DNA of 64,000 bases from an uncultured Opitutaceae bacterium (GTDB lineage Bacteria > Verrucomicrobiota > Verrucomicrobiia > Opitutales > Opitutaceae), in NCBI GenBank assembly GCA_947085165.1, contig CAMTVI010000003.1, positions 79,248 through 143,247 on the forward strand, written 5' to 3'. A program made the translations under genes and the position numbers. The notes under the pieces are model-generated. The model saw only the letters and a program-made list of their open reading frames with translations. It made no database searches and was not told the DNA's origin. The stretch's first letter is position 1. Every line of letters begins with the position of its first letter. This document shows positions 55,449 to 64,000 of this stretch, one piece after another.

Positions 55449-56732
55449 TCAGTGCGGGCCGTCGGCGAAGAGTTGGCCGCCGACCACCGTGCCAGTAACG
55501 TGCGTGGTGTATTCGAACGGATCGCCGTCAAAGAGCGCGAGGTCGGCGTCCTTGCCGACGACGAGCGAACCGGTGCGATCGGCGATGCCGAGAATTTGCG
55601 CGGCGTCACGAGTGACGGCGGCGAGCGCGCCATCGAAACCGAGTCCGCGTCCGGCAGCGGCCGCCGCTTCGAAAAGAATCACGCGCGTTTTCGGCACGTA
55701 GGATTCGAAACCGCTCTGAATGGCGAACGGAATTCCAGCCGCGCGCAATTTCGCGGCGGTATCCATCGCGAGATTTTCCGTGTCCTCGTTGGCGCGCGCC
55801 ATCGTCGGATGGAGCACGACCGGAAAGCCGCTCGCTTTGATTTCATTGAGCACGAGATGCGCATCGGCGCAGCCATCGAGCACGATTTGCAATTTGAATT
55901 CCTGCGCGATACGCAACGCAGCGAGAATGTCCTGCTGGCGGTGCGCGGTGATGAGCAGGCGTTGCGAACCATCGAGCGCGCGGGCGAGGGTTTCGAATTT
56001 CAAGTCGCGCGCGGGGCGCTTCGACTCGTCCTTGCCTTCACGCTTCACGACGTATTCCTGCGTCTTGATGAGTTCGGCGCGGAGCATGGCGACGGCTTTG
56101 GCGCGCGTGCCGGGAGCGCGGGCGGAACCACCGGCGGCCGGAGCGCCTCCACCTGTTTCGTTGCGCGAAATCGCGGAGCTGCCGAGCGAAACGTTGGTCA
56201 TCGCGGCGGGATTGATCACGTCGGCGTCGGCGTTGCGGCCGTAGGTTTTCACGATCATGGTCTGACCGGAAACGAGGGTGCCGGGCGCGTGGCCGGCGTT
56301 GAGCGTCGTGATACCGAAGTGGCGCAGCCACGCGATGAGCGGGTCTTGCGCGTTGTAGGCGTCGATCGCGCGAAGCTCGGGCTGGATCGGGTTGGAACGT
56401 TCCAACATGTCCTGATCCTGCGGTTGGTTGAGGATGCCGGAGAGACCGGCGGTCGCGCGCGCATCGATCAAGCCGGGTGTCACTACCTTGGCGTGCACGG
56501 AGCGATGATCCGCAGTGTAAGCGACGTCTTGTGCGGTGCCGACGTAGGTAATCTTGCCGTCGCGCACGAGCACGAGGCCGTTTTTAATCGGTTCGCCTGC
56601 GAGCGTGTGCACAACGTCGCCGTGAATCGCGAGCGGCATGTCGGCGGTCGCGGCGTGGGCCAACAGAGTGGCGGTCAAGGCGCCAAGGGTGAACGCAACG
56701 CGCAAAGACGTGAGGGAGGAAAGGTTTTTCAT
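55449..56732 (-). CDS. Secreted amidohydrolase-like protein lacking the HxH metal motif
   Basis: PGLIDARAT, GITT and GSL..GKDADL; signal peptide. Confidence 0.8.
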   Translation of the reverse strand: MKNLSSLTSLRVAFTLGALTATLLAHAATADMPLAIHGDVVHTLAGEPIKNGLVLVRDGKITYVGTAQDVAYTADHRSVHAKVVTPGLIDARATAGLSGILNQPQDQDMLERSNPIQPELRAIDAYNAQDPLIAWLRHFGITTLNAGHAPGTLVSGQTMIVKTYGRNADADVINPAAMTNVSLGSSAISRNETGGGAPAAGGSARAPGTRAKAVAMLRAELIKTQEYVVKREGKDESKRPARDLKFETLARALDGSQRLLITAHRQQDILAALRIAQEFKLQIVLDGCADAHLVLNEIKASGFPVVLHPTMARANEDTENLAMDTAAKLRAAGIPFAIQSGFESYVPKTRVILFEAAAAAGRGLGFDGALAAVTRDAAQILGIADRTGSLVVGKDADLALFDGDPFEYTTHVTGTVVGGQLFADGPH

Positions 56733-58081
56733 TGGGTGTTTCCGAAGAGGGCGGCGTTGGCGTTGGCGATAATGTCCCAGGCGTTGCCGAAGCAGCAGAG
56801 TTGCGTGCGGACCGGGTCGCCGGCCCCGGCACCACCGAAGGCGTAAAGACGGTCCTGCGGATCGGTGACGTCGAAGACTTTGCTGCCCTCGATCCAGGTT
56901 TGTTCGACCAGCGTGTAAACGCTGAGCGGGTCGCCGGAGAGAATGATGAAGTCGGCGTCCTTGCCCGCTTCGAGCGAACCGACGCGTTCGGCGAGGCCGA
57001 GCATTTGCGCGTTGGCGATGGTCAGGGCGCGGAGTGCGCCGTCGCGTGACATGCCCGCGCGCACCCCGATGGCGGCGGAGCGCAGGAAATGGCGCGAGTC
57101 GGTCACGCCGTCGTCGGTGTGGTAGCCGACAAGCGCGCCGGCTTTTTCGAGCACGGCACCGGTTTCGAAACTCATGTCGCGCGCCTCGAGTTTGCCGCCG
57201 GGAGAATCGATCAAGATGATGGATGAGGCGACGCCGGCGCGGGCGATTTCCTCGGCGACTTTCCAGCCTTCGCTGACGTGATGCAGCACGACCTTGAAAC
57301 CGAATTCCTGTTGGAGGCGAAGCACAGTGAGGATGTCGTCGTGGCGATGGGTGTGGTGTTGCACGACACGTTTGCCGTCGAGGACTTCGACGAGCATTTC
57401 CATCGCGAGGTCGCGTGGCGGGAGTTTTTCGGTGTCGCCCTTGGCGCGCTCGATCTTCGCTTTGTATTCCTGCGCCTTGATGAATTGCGCGCGGACGAGC
57501 GCGGCGGATTTGCCGCGGGTGCCGGGAAAGTTGGGCGAGGATTTGATGGAGTTGGTGCCGTTGGCCATTTTCAGGCCGCCCGCGATCGAGCCGTCGGCGT
57601 TCTTGATCAACACGTCGTCAATGACGCGACCGTCGCGGAGTTTGAGATAAAGTGTTTGGCCGCTGATAAGGTGGCCGGAGCCGGGCATGACGTTGACGGT
57701 GGTGATGCCGCCCGCCTGCGCCTTCTGGATCGACGGACTGCGCACATCGATCGAGTCGAGCACGCGCACGTCGGGTTGGATGGCGCTCGAGCTGTCGGCG
57801 CCCGCCGTGCCGCCGATGTGGCTATGCGAGTCGACCAGTCCGGGCATGAGCACCTTGCCGGAGACGTCGTGGATGGTCGCGCCCGCAGGAATCGCGACGG
57901 CGTCAACAGAACCGACGGCGATAATTTTGCCGCCTTGCACGAGGAGCGTGCCGCGGGCGATGGGTTCGCCGGCGATGGGGATAATTTGCGCGCCCGTGAA
58001 GGCGTGCGGAGTTTCCTGAGCGTGGATGCCCGTGGCCAAGCCAAGCAGGACCGCTAGGGGTAACAGGGGTCGAAGCGACAT
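56729..58081 (-). CDS. Secreted amidohydrolase
   Basis: PGLVDSHSH, LKMA.G.N, HTHR, LHHVSE, HTDD and GSLEAGKDAD. Confidence 0.88.
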   Translation of the reverse strand: MSLRPLLPLAVLLGLATGIHAQETPHAFTGAQIIPIAGEPIARGTLLVQGGKIIAVGSVDAVAIPAGATIHDVSGKVLMPGLVDSHSHIGGTAGADSSSAIQPDVRVLDSIDVRSPSIQKAQAGGITTVNVMPGSGHLISGQTLYLKLRDGRVIDDVLIKNADGSIAGGLKMANGTNSIKSSPNFPGTRGKSAALVRAQFIKAQEYKAKIERAKGDTEKLPPRDLAMEMLVEVLDGKRVVQHHTHRHDDILTVLRLQQEFGFKVVLHHVSEGWKVAEEIARAGVASSIILIDSPGGKLEARDMSFETGAVLEKAGALVGYHTDDGVTDSRHFLRSAAIGVRAGMSRDGALRALTIANAQMLGLAERVGSLEAGKDADFIILSGDPLSVYTLVEQTWIEGSKVFDVTDPQDRLYAFGGAGAGDPVRTQLCCFGNAWDIIANANAALFGNTQ

Positions 58082-58171
58082 AGGCCGCGAAGCTACGCAC
58101 GCAGCCCATGGCGGCAATCGGAAATAATTTCAGTCGAGCGGGTTGAGCTCAACATGGACGATCGCACGCGC

Positions 58172-61100
58172 TTAGGTGCGGCGACGGCTCGCGAGCCAAA
58201 GCAGGCCACCGCCCAACACGAGGAGTGCCCACGTCGATGGTTCCGGCACGGCGACGAAATTGCTTAGCGTCACGTTGAGGCCGTTGTAATCGACGAGGAA
58301 GGAACCGTAGCCGTCGGTGGTGAAGAGGCGCGTGCCGTTCGCGGCGTTCATAAACGAACCAGCGAGCGTGCTGCCGGCGGTGAAGACGGTGAAGGAATCT
58401 CCCGCGGTGACACTGTTTTGAAAATCGTTGACGAAATTCACCATGAGCGCGCCGCCGAGGGTGAGCGCTCCGGACGTGGTGATGAGGTCGTGTTGCGTGC
58501 CCGGGATAAGTCCGCCGAGATCGAGATGGGTGAACGCCGTGGCGGTGAGCGAGAGATTGCCGATGATCGCAAAGGTGCCGATCGAGGAAACCGGGACGAT
58601 GACAGATTCCGGTTGGGATTCGTCATTGGGCAGATTGACCATGGCGGTTGATCCAGGTCGGAGAGTGCCGGCTATTGTGACGTTGCCGAAAATAGCACCG
58701 TCACCCTCCAGGGTGCCGCCGGAAAGGTTAAGCGTGGCGGCGGTGAAATTGCCGTCGATGGCGGTGCGTCCGCTTGTTTGCACGTAACTGCCGGTGCTGG
58801 TGAACTGGCTGCCGGCCAACACTTCGACAGTGCCGAGATTGGTGAGCACGGGTTCCTGGTAACTGATGCCGCCGGTGCTGCTGGCGCGGAGCGTGCCGTG
58901 GTTGGTGAAATTGGCGGAGAGATTGATCGTCAGCGGCGTGGTTTCAGTGGCCTCGATCGTGCCGTCGTTTTGTAACAGGAGTTGATTGAGGCCGAGTTGA
59001 CCACCGCCGCGAATGGTGTGGTCGGCGGAATTGATCAGCAGCGTGGCGCTGTTCGTGCCGTAGATGTTGTTGTTGGAATGATTGCCGAGAATCAAATCGC
59101 CGTCGCCAGCGAGCGTGACGCTGCCGCCAGCCGGGCCCACCACAAAGCTGGTGCCGCCGCCGGTCGAGGAGAGCTTGATCTCGCCGAAGTTGAACACGGT
59201 GCCGGTGAAGGTGGCGGAGGTGCTGGTGGAGATGTCGAGTTCGGCGTGGCTGTCGATGATGACGTCGCTGAACGTCGAGCTGCCGAGGTGGCGCAGGTTG
59301 CCGCGCAAGGTGCCGCCGGTGACGGTGGCAAAACTAAAGGTGACGAGCGCGCCGGAACTATCGGTGGCGGCGATGACGCCGCCATTGTTGAGGTAGGTGC
59401 CGCCGAGCAACGTGAGCGTAGCCCCGTCGATGGCGCGCATGGTGCCGGTGTTGGTGAGTCCGGCGGTGCCGGGATCGACGATCAGTGGATTCGTTTGGTT
59501 GGCCGAGATCACGCCGTGGTTGACGATGCCCATCAGATTGGAACCGAGTTGGCCGCTGCCTTGGATGAGGAGACCTTGATTAATGAGGCGATCGGAGGCG
59601 TTGTTGCCGTAGAAACGATTGGCGGAGTTGTTGGAAAGCGAAAGGGTGCCACCGCCGGAGAGAAGCACATCACCGCCAGAGAAAACGAGGGAGGTGAGGC
59701 CGCCGGTGGAGAGAAGTGAAAGTTCTCCGGAAATTTGGTAAGTGCCACCGCCGGTCAACGTGAGGGACGTGCCGCTGGCGATGTCGAGATGGGCGTTCGA
59801 TGCGAGGAACAGGCTGCCGCTGAGCGTGGAGTTGCCGGACTTGGTTTCGATGGTTGCGCCGGACGCGGCAGTGAGAGTCGTGTTTGCCAAAATAGAACCC
59901 GAAAATAATTCGAGGGTGCCGCCCGGGCCGACGTCGACCGTGCCGCCGGTGGCGGTGAAACTACTGAGGGCGAGGATGGAGCCGGTTTGCGCGCGGAGCA
60001 GACCGCCAGTGTTATTGATCGCGCCGCCGGAGAGAAAGAGTTTCGCGCCGTTGACCGCTTGCATCGTGCCGGTGTTGGATGAAGTCGCCAGCGAGGGATC
60101 AAAGGTGAGCGATTGCCCGGACTGGTTCGCTTCGATCAAGCCGTCATTGTGCAACACGAGTAAGTTGACGCCGAGTTGGCCGGCACCGCGGATGGTGTGG
60201 TTGGCTTGGTGAAGAAGAACCGTAGCGGACGTGGTGCCATAGATGCGATTGTTGGCATGGGCGCCGAGCTCGAGCACGCCTGTGCCGCTGAGGACAAGTG
60301 TGCTGTCAGCAGGCCCAACGATGAAGTCAGTAAAGCCACCCGTGGCTTGGAGCGAAACGACGCCGTCATTGGTGAGGGAGTTAGTGAAAGTGGCGTTTTG
60401 TCCCGGGTTGATTTCCAACGTTGAACCGGAAGTGAGCGTGACCTGGTTAAATGAACTCGGCCCCGTGATGCGCAACCGTCCGGTCGCCGCGCTCGTCAGT
60501 GCGCCGCCATCGACGATGGCGTTGGTGAAACTGACGGTGGAACCAGACTGAGCTTCGATGGTGCCGGCGGTGTTGGTGAAGGTGCCGGATTGCAGGGCGA
60601 GCGTGGCCCCGCTGGTCGCGCGCAGCGTGCCGGCGTTGGTGACGCCGGCTGCGCTGGGATCGATAACGAGCGCGCCGGCGGATTGGTTGGCGGTGATGGT
60701 GCCGGAGTTGACGAGGCCCATCAGGTTGACGCCGATCTGCCCGCCACCGGAGATTTGATTATCGGTGATAAGGCGTTCGGTGCCGGCGGTGCCGTAGAGG
60801 CGGTTGTTGGCGCCGGCGCCGAGGATGATGGAGCCGCCGCCGTCGACGGTGACGTCGCCGCCGCTTAGCACGAGATTGGTGAGACTGCCGGCGGCGGAGA
60901 GGGTGATCGATCCAGCGTTATTGACGGTGCCGCTGGAGAGGAGGGTCAACGTGGCGGCGTTAGAAATCTGGATGGAGCCACCGACCGGATTGACGACGTT
61001 GCTGCCGAGGGTGTTGCTGCCGGCGGCGGCGCGGATTGTGCCGCTGCTGTGGTTGTTGACGGCGGCGTCGGTCAGGGTGCCGTTTTGCAGGGTGATTGTG

Positions 61101-62992
61101 CCGTTCGCGAGGGTCTCGACGAGTCCGCCGGTGACGGTGGCGCTGTTGATGTCGACGGTGGAGGCGGCAAGGGCTTGGATAATGCCAGTGGGTGCCGAGC
61201 CGTTGGTGAAGATGCCGCTCTGGAGGCGGAGCGTGCCGCCGTTGATGGCGCGCATGAGGCCGTCATTGAAGGCGCCGCCCGCGTTGGGGTCGATGGTGAG
61301 GGCGAAGCTGGCGTGTGAGGCTTCGATGGTGCCGTGGTTGACCAGTGTGAGGAGGTTGACGCCGATCTGGCCCGCGCCGGTGATGAGGTTGTCGGTGTTG
61401 TTGAGGGTCGTGGTGCCGGCACTGCTGAAGAGGCGGTTATTGACGCCGGCGGAGAGGGAAATCGTGCCGCCGCCCTGGAGGATTACCGTATCGCCGCCCA
61501 GACCGAAGAGGAGGTCGGTGGAGCCGGTGGTGGCGGAGAGGGAAAGGGTGCCTTGATTGGTGATGGTGCCGGTGAGGGTGGAGCTGATTCCATTGGGGAG
61601 GGAATAGGCGGCGTTGGTCGCAAAGTTGACATCGGTGAAGGTGCTCGCGCTGGTGCTGCGTAATTGGCCGGTGCCGGACGTGGCGAGCGTGCCGCCGTCG
61701 ATCGTGGCGCCGCCGAAAGTGACGAGGGAGCCGGTTTGTGCTTCGATCAGGCCGGTGTTGGTGAAAGTGCCGCCGGTGAGAACCAGCGTGCCGCCGTTGG
61801 TGGCGCGCAACGTGCCGGAATTAGTGACTCCGCCCGTGCTCGGATCGATCGTCAGGGGGGCACCGCTGCGCGAGGCTTCGATCGTGCCGCTATTGATCAA
61901 GGTGAGCACATTGACGCCGATTTGGCCGGAGCCCGTGATCAGGTTGTCGAGATTGTCGAGGGTGGAGGTGGCGGAGGTGCCGTAGATCCGGTTGACGGTG
62001 CTGGTGGCGCCGCTGGCGCCGAGCGAGAGGGTGCCACCGCCGCTGAGTGAAACGGTGCCGGCGGCGGGACCGACCAGTAAATCGGTCAAGCCGGAGGTGC
62101 CGAGCAACGTGATCGTGCCTTGGTTGACGAGATTGCCGGTGAACGTGGCCGCGGTGCCGTTGTTGATTTCGAAATTGGTGCCGGTGGCGAAGGTGACGCC
62201 GGCGAAGCTGCTGGTGCCGGTATTGCGCAGGCGGCCGGTGCCGGTGGAGGTGAGCGTGCCGCCGGAGGTGTTGGTGCCGCTGAAGGTGACGAGGCCGCCG
62301 GATTGGGCCTCGATGAGTCCGCTGGTGTTGTGAAAAGAGCCGTTGATCAACGCGAGCGTTCCACCGGCGCTGGCGCGGAGCGTGCCGGTGTTGGTCACGC
62401 CATCGGCATTCGGATCGATTGTCAGTGCGACGGTGCCGTCGGCGAGGATCAGGCCGGTATTGGTGATCGACAACAGGTTGACGCCGAGCTGGCCGCCGCC
62501 GCGAAGCGTCGAGGTGTTCGTCAGGCGTTGCGAGCCCGTGGAACTGTAGATGCGGCTGAGGTTGGACGTGCCGCTGAGGAAAATTTCGCCAGTGCCCGCG
62601 AGAGTTATGTCGCCGCCGTTCAACACGAGATCGGTAAGCGAGCCCGTGCTGTTGAGGTGCAGCCGGCCGTCGATTGTGAGCGTGGTGGCGGAAGCGAAAT
62701 TCAGGCGTCCGCCATTGGCAAGGAGGAGTTCGTCGCCGCCCTGAATCGTGAGACCGGCAATCGTAGCGGTGCTGGAGAGGGTGACGACAGAGTTGATGGC
62801 GGTGTTGCTGTCAATCTGCACCGCTTGGCCGCTGGAGGGCAAAGCAGAGAGCAACCAGTTCAGCGGACTGGCCGTCCAATTCGCCGAGCCACCCAGCCAG
62901 ATATTCGTTTGCGCGCTGGCACCGGGCGCCAACAAACCCAGCGCCAAAAAGACTGACGCAAGAGTTGCGCGGAACTGCGGGAAGCGGGGCAC
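58172..62992 (-). CDS. Giant beta-strand repeat surface protein with a PEP-CTERM sorting signal
   Basis: Signal peptide; G/T/N/S-rich; seven G.GQ(L/I)G.N repeat anchors; C-terminal VPEPSTWALLVLGGGLLWLASRRRT. Confidence 0.9.
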   Translation of the reverse strand: MPRFPQFRATLASVFLALGLLAPGASAQTNIWLGGSANWTASPLNWLLSALPSSGQAVQIDSNTAINSVVTLSSTATIAGLTIQGGDELLLANGGRLNFASATTLTIDGRLHLNSTGSLTDLVLNGGDITLAGTGEIFLSGTSNLSRIYSSTGSQRLTNTSTLRGGGQLGVNLLSITNTGLILADGTVALTIDPNADGVTNTGTLRASAGGTLALINGSFHNTSGLIEAQSGGLVTFSGTNTSGGTLTSTGTGRLRNTGTSSFAGVTFATGTNFEINNGTAATFTGNLVNQGTITLLGTSGLTDLLVGPAAGTVSLSGGGTLSLGASGATSTVNRIYGTSATSTLDNLDNLITGSGQIGVNVLTLINSGTIEASRSGAPLTIDPSTGGVTNSGTLRATNGGTLVLTGGTFTNTGLIEAQTGSLVTFGGATIDGGTLATSGTGQLRSTSASTFTDVNFATNAAYSLPNGISSTLTGTITNQGTLSLSATTGSTDLLFGLGGDTVILQGGGTISLSAGVNNRLFSSAGTTTLNNTDNLITGAGQIGVNLLTLVNHGTIEASHASFALTIDPNAGGAFNDGLMRAINGGTLRLQSGIFTNGSAPTGIIQALAASTVDINSATVTGGLVETLANGTITLQNGTLTDAAVNNHSSGTIRAAAGSNTLGSNVVNPVGGSIQISNAATLTLLSSGTVNNAGSITLSAAGSLTNLVLSGGDVTVDGGGSIILGAGANNRLYGTAGTERLITDNQISGGGQIGVNLMGLVNSGTITANQSAGALVIDPSAAGVTNAGTLRATSGATLALQSGTFTNTAGTIEAQSGSTVSFTNAIVDGGALTSAATGRLRITGPSSFNQVTLTSGSTLEINPGQNATFTNSLTNDGVVSLQATGGFTDFIVGPADSTLVLSGTGVLELGAHANNRIYGTTSATVLLHQANHTIRGAGQLGVNLLVLHNDGLIEANQSGQSLTFDPSLATSSNTGTMQAVNGAKLFLSGGAINNTGGLLRAQTGSILALSSFTATGGTVDVGPGGTLELFSGSILANTTLTAASGATIETKSGNSTLSGSLFLASNAHLDIASGTSLTLTGGGTYQISGELSLLSTGGLTSLVFSGGDVLLSGGGTLSLSNNSANRFYGNNASDRLINQGLLIQGSGQLGSNLMGIVNHGVISANQTNPLIVDPGTAGLTNTGTMRAIDGATLTLLGGTYLNNGGVIAATDSSGALVTFSFATVTGGTLRGNLRHLGSSTFSDVIIDSHAELDISTSTSATFTGTVFNFGEIKLSSTGGGTSFVVGPAGGSVTLAGDGDLILGNHSNNNIYGTNSATLLINSADHTIRGGGQLGLNQLLLQNDGTIEATETTPLTINLSANFTNHGTLRASSTGGISYQEPVLTNLGTVEVLAGSQFTSTGSYVQTSGRTAIDGNFTAATLNLSGGTLEGDGAIFGNVTIAGTLRPGSTAMVNLPNDESQPESVIVPVSSIGTFAIIGNLSLTATAFTHLDLGGLIPGTQHDLITTSGALTLGGALMVNFVNDFQNSVTAGDSFTVFTAGSTLAGSFMNAANGTRLFTTDGYGSFLVDYNGLNVTLSNFVAVPEPSTWALLVLGGGLLWLASRRRT

Positions 62993-63058
62993 GGGGATGG
63001 ATTGCTCCTGCGCGCCTATTCAGCCAACACCCCGTCGCCGGGTCAAACGCTCAATGCG

Positions 63059-63223
63059 TCACCGCGGCAGCTTGTCGCGCAGTTTCTTGATTTCGGGACT
63101 TACCGCCCCGCAGTCGCCGCCGCAGCCGGTTTCTTTTCGCTTCTTCAGGGCCGAGCGCAGCAAATAGAGCGCCGCCAAAGCCACGAGGCCGAGCGCGATT
63201 ACCGTCTGCCATTCCGCCGACAT
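63059..63223 (-). CDS. FeoB-associated Cys-rich small membrane protein (54 aa, below the ORF-track cutoff)
   Basis: Manual translation gives MSAEWQTVIALGLVALAALYLLRSALKKRKETGCGGDCGAVSPEIKKLRDKLPR; starts 1 nt after the feoB stop. Confidence 0.75.
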   Translation of the reverse strand: MSAEWQTVIALGLVALAALYLLRSALKKRKETGCGGDCGAVSPEIKKLRDKLPR

Positions 63224-63224
63224 G

Positions 63225-64000
63225 CTAAAACCCCAGCGCGCGGCCGCTTTGGTAAACGATGAAACTGAGCACCCACGCCGTGCCGGTCATGTAGACGATT
63301 TGGAACAACGGCCAGCGCCACGAATTCGTCTCGCGCTTCACGACGGCGACCGTGGCCATGCATTGCATGGCGAAAACATAAAAGATCATCAGCGTGAAGC
63401 AAACCAGCGGCGTGAACACCGGCGCGCCCTCCGGCCACGTCGCCGCCTTGAGCGCATCGCGCAACGGCGCCGTGTCCTCCTCGTCCGCGCCTTCGACGCC
63501 GAAGACGACGCCCATCGAACTGACAAATACCTCGCGCGCGGCAAACGAGGTGATGAGCCCGATGCCGATGCGCCAGTCGAAGCCGAGCGGCTTGATGGCC
63601 GGCTCGATCAAGTGACCGGCCTGACCGGCAAAACTCTGCGCAGTTTGCTCCGTCGGCGTGGCGAGCGGATCCGGGTGTTTCGGGTAAGTGGAGAGGAGCC
63701 ACAGCACGATGCTAATCCCGAGAATGATGGTGCCCGCGCGTTTGATGAACACCGTGCCGCGCTCGAACATTTGCAACGCGACGTCGCGCACGCGCGGCAA
63801 ACGATACGGCGGCAGTTCCATGATCATCAGCGGCGGCTCGCCCTTGAGCAGCGTGCGCTTGAACAACCACGCGAAACCAAACGCGCCGATTGTGCCGAGC
63901 GCATACATGAGCAGCATGATGCCGACCTTCGTCGTCACCGGCACCGCTTCGTTGGGCAACAACGCCGCGATCAACAGCAGATAAACCGGCAGGCGCGCCG
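63225..64000 (-). CDS. feoB: Ferrous iron transporter FeoB (3' part)
   Basis: ARLPVY, MELPPYR.P, AGTIIL, PLGFDWR, AAREVFV and QC.AT......E. Confidence 0.93.
   Translation of the reverse strand, partial: ARLPVYLLLIAALLPNEAVPVTTKVGIMLLMYALGTIGAFGFAWLFKRTLLKGEPPLMIMELPPYRLPRVRDVALQMFERGTVFIKRAGTIILGISIVLWLLSTYPKHPDPLATPTEQTAQSFAGQAGHLIEPAIKPLGFDWRIGIGLITSFAAREVFVSSMGVVFGVEGADEEDTAPLRDALKAATWPEGAPVFTPLVCFTLMIFYVFAMQCMATVAVVKRETNSWRWPLFQIVYMTGTAWVLSFIVYQSGRALGF

Overview
This is a GC-rich bacterial chromosomal window. A PEP-CTERM protein and the overall gene style suggest Verrucomicrobiota, probably Opitutaceae (inference). It holds about 57 CDS. I recognised no rRNA, tRNA, CRISPR array, integrase or transposase. 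Main blocks: (1) small accessory genes (gcdH 3' part, DUF1643, a stand-alone WYL protein with an apparent Tat signal, ric with an FNR-type box); (2) a five-gene envelope operon, PEGA / CsgG-like / COG3014 / YcfL / LpoB; (3) ilvA, an orphan RelE-like gene, pssA, then a DnaA-box/AT-rich intergenic region (candidate oriC) before dnaN, with no adjacent dnaA; (4) gnd followed by a 1.6-kb Fic-only islet bounded by a perfect 77-bp duplication of the gnd 3' end; (5) a roughly 19-kb peptidoglycan foraging/recycling locus (epimerase, nagZ, two amidase types, ampG, GHL10 hydrolase, murQ, anmK, M20 peptidase, TonB-dependent receptor, AraC, nagB, nagX, dacB); (6) nadA-nadC-nadB, oleC-oleD, rnd, queC-queE, terC, an amidohydrolase pair, a giant PEP-CTERM repeat protein and the feoB 3' end. 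The most unusual non-coding signal is a dispersed 23-25 bp palindrome family (TTGT[A/C]AC-N7-GT[T/G]ACAA) whose copies show compensatory changes. It has four copies, one read in frame inside oleD. All calls are by-eye motif recognition; no database searches were run.
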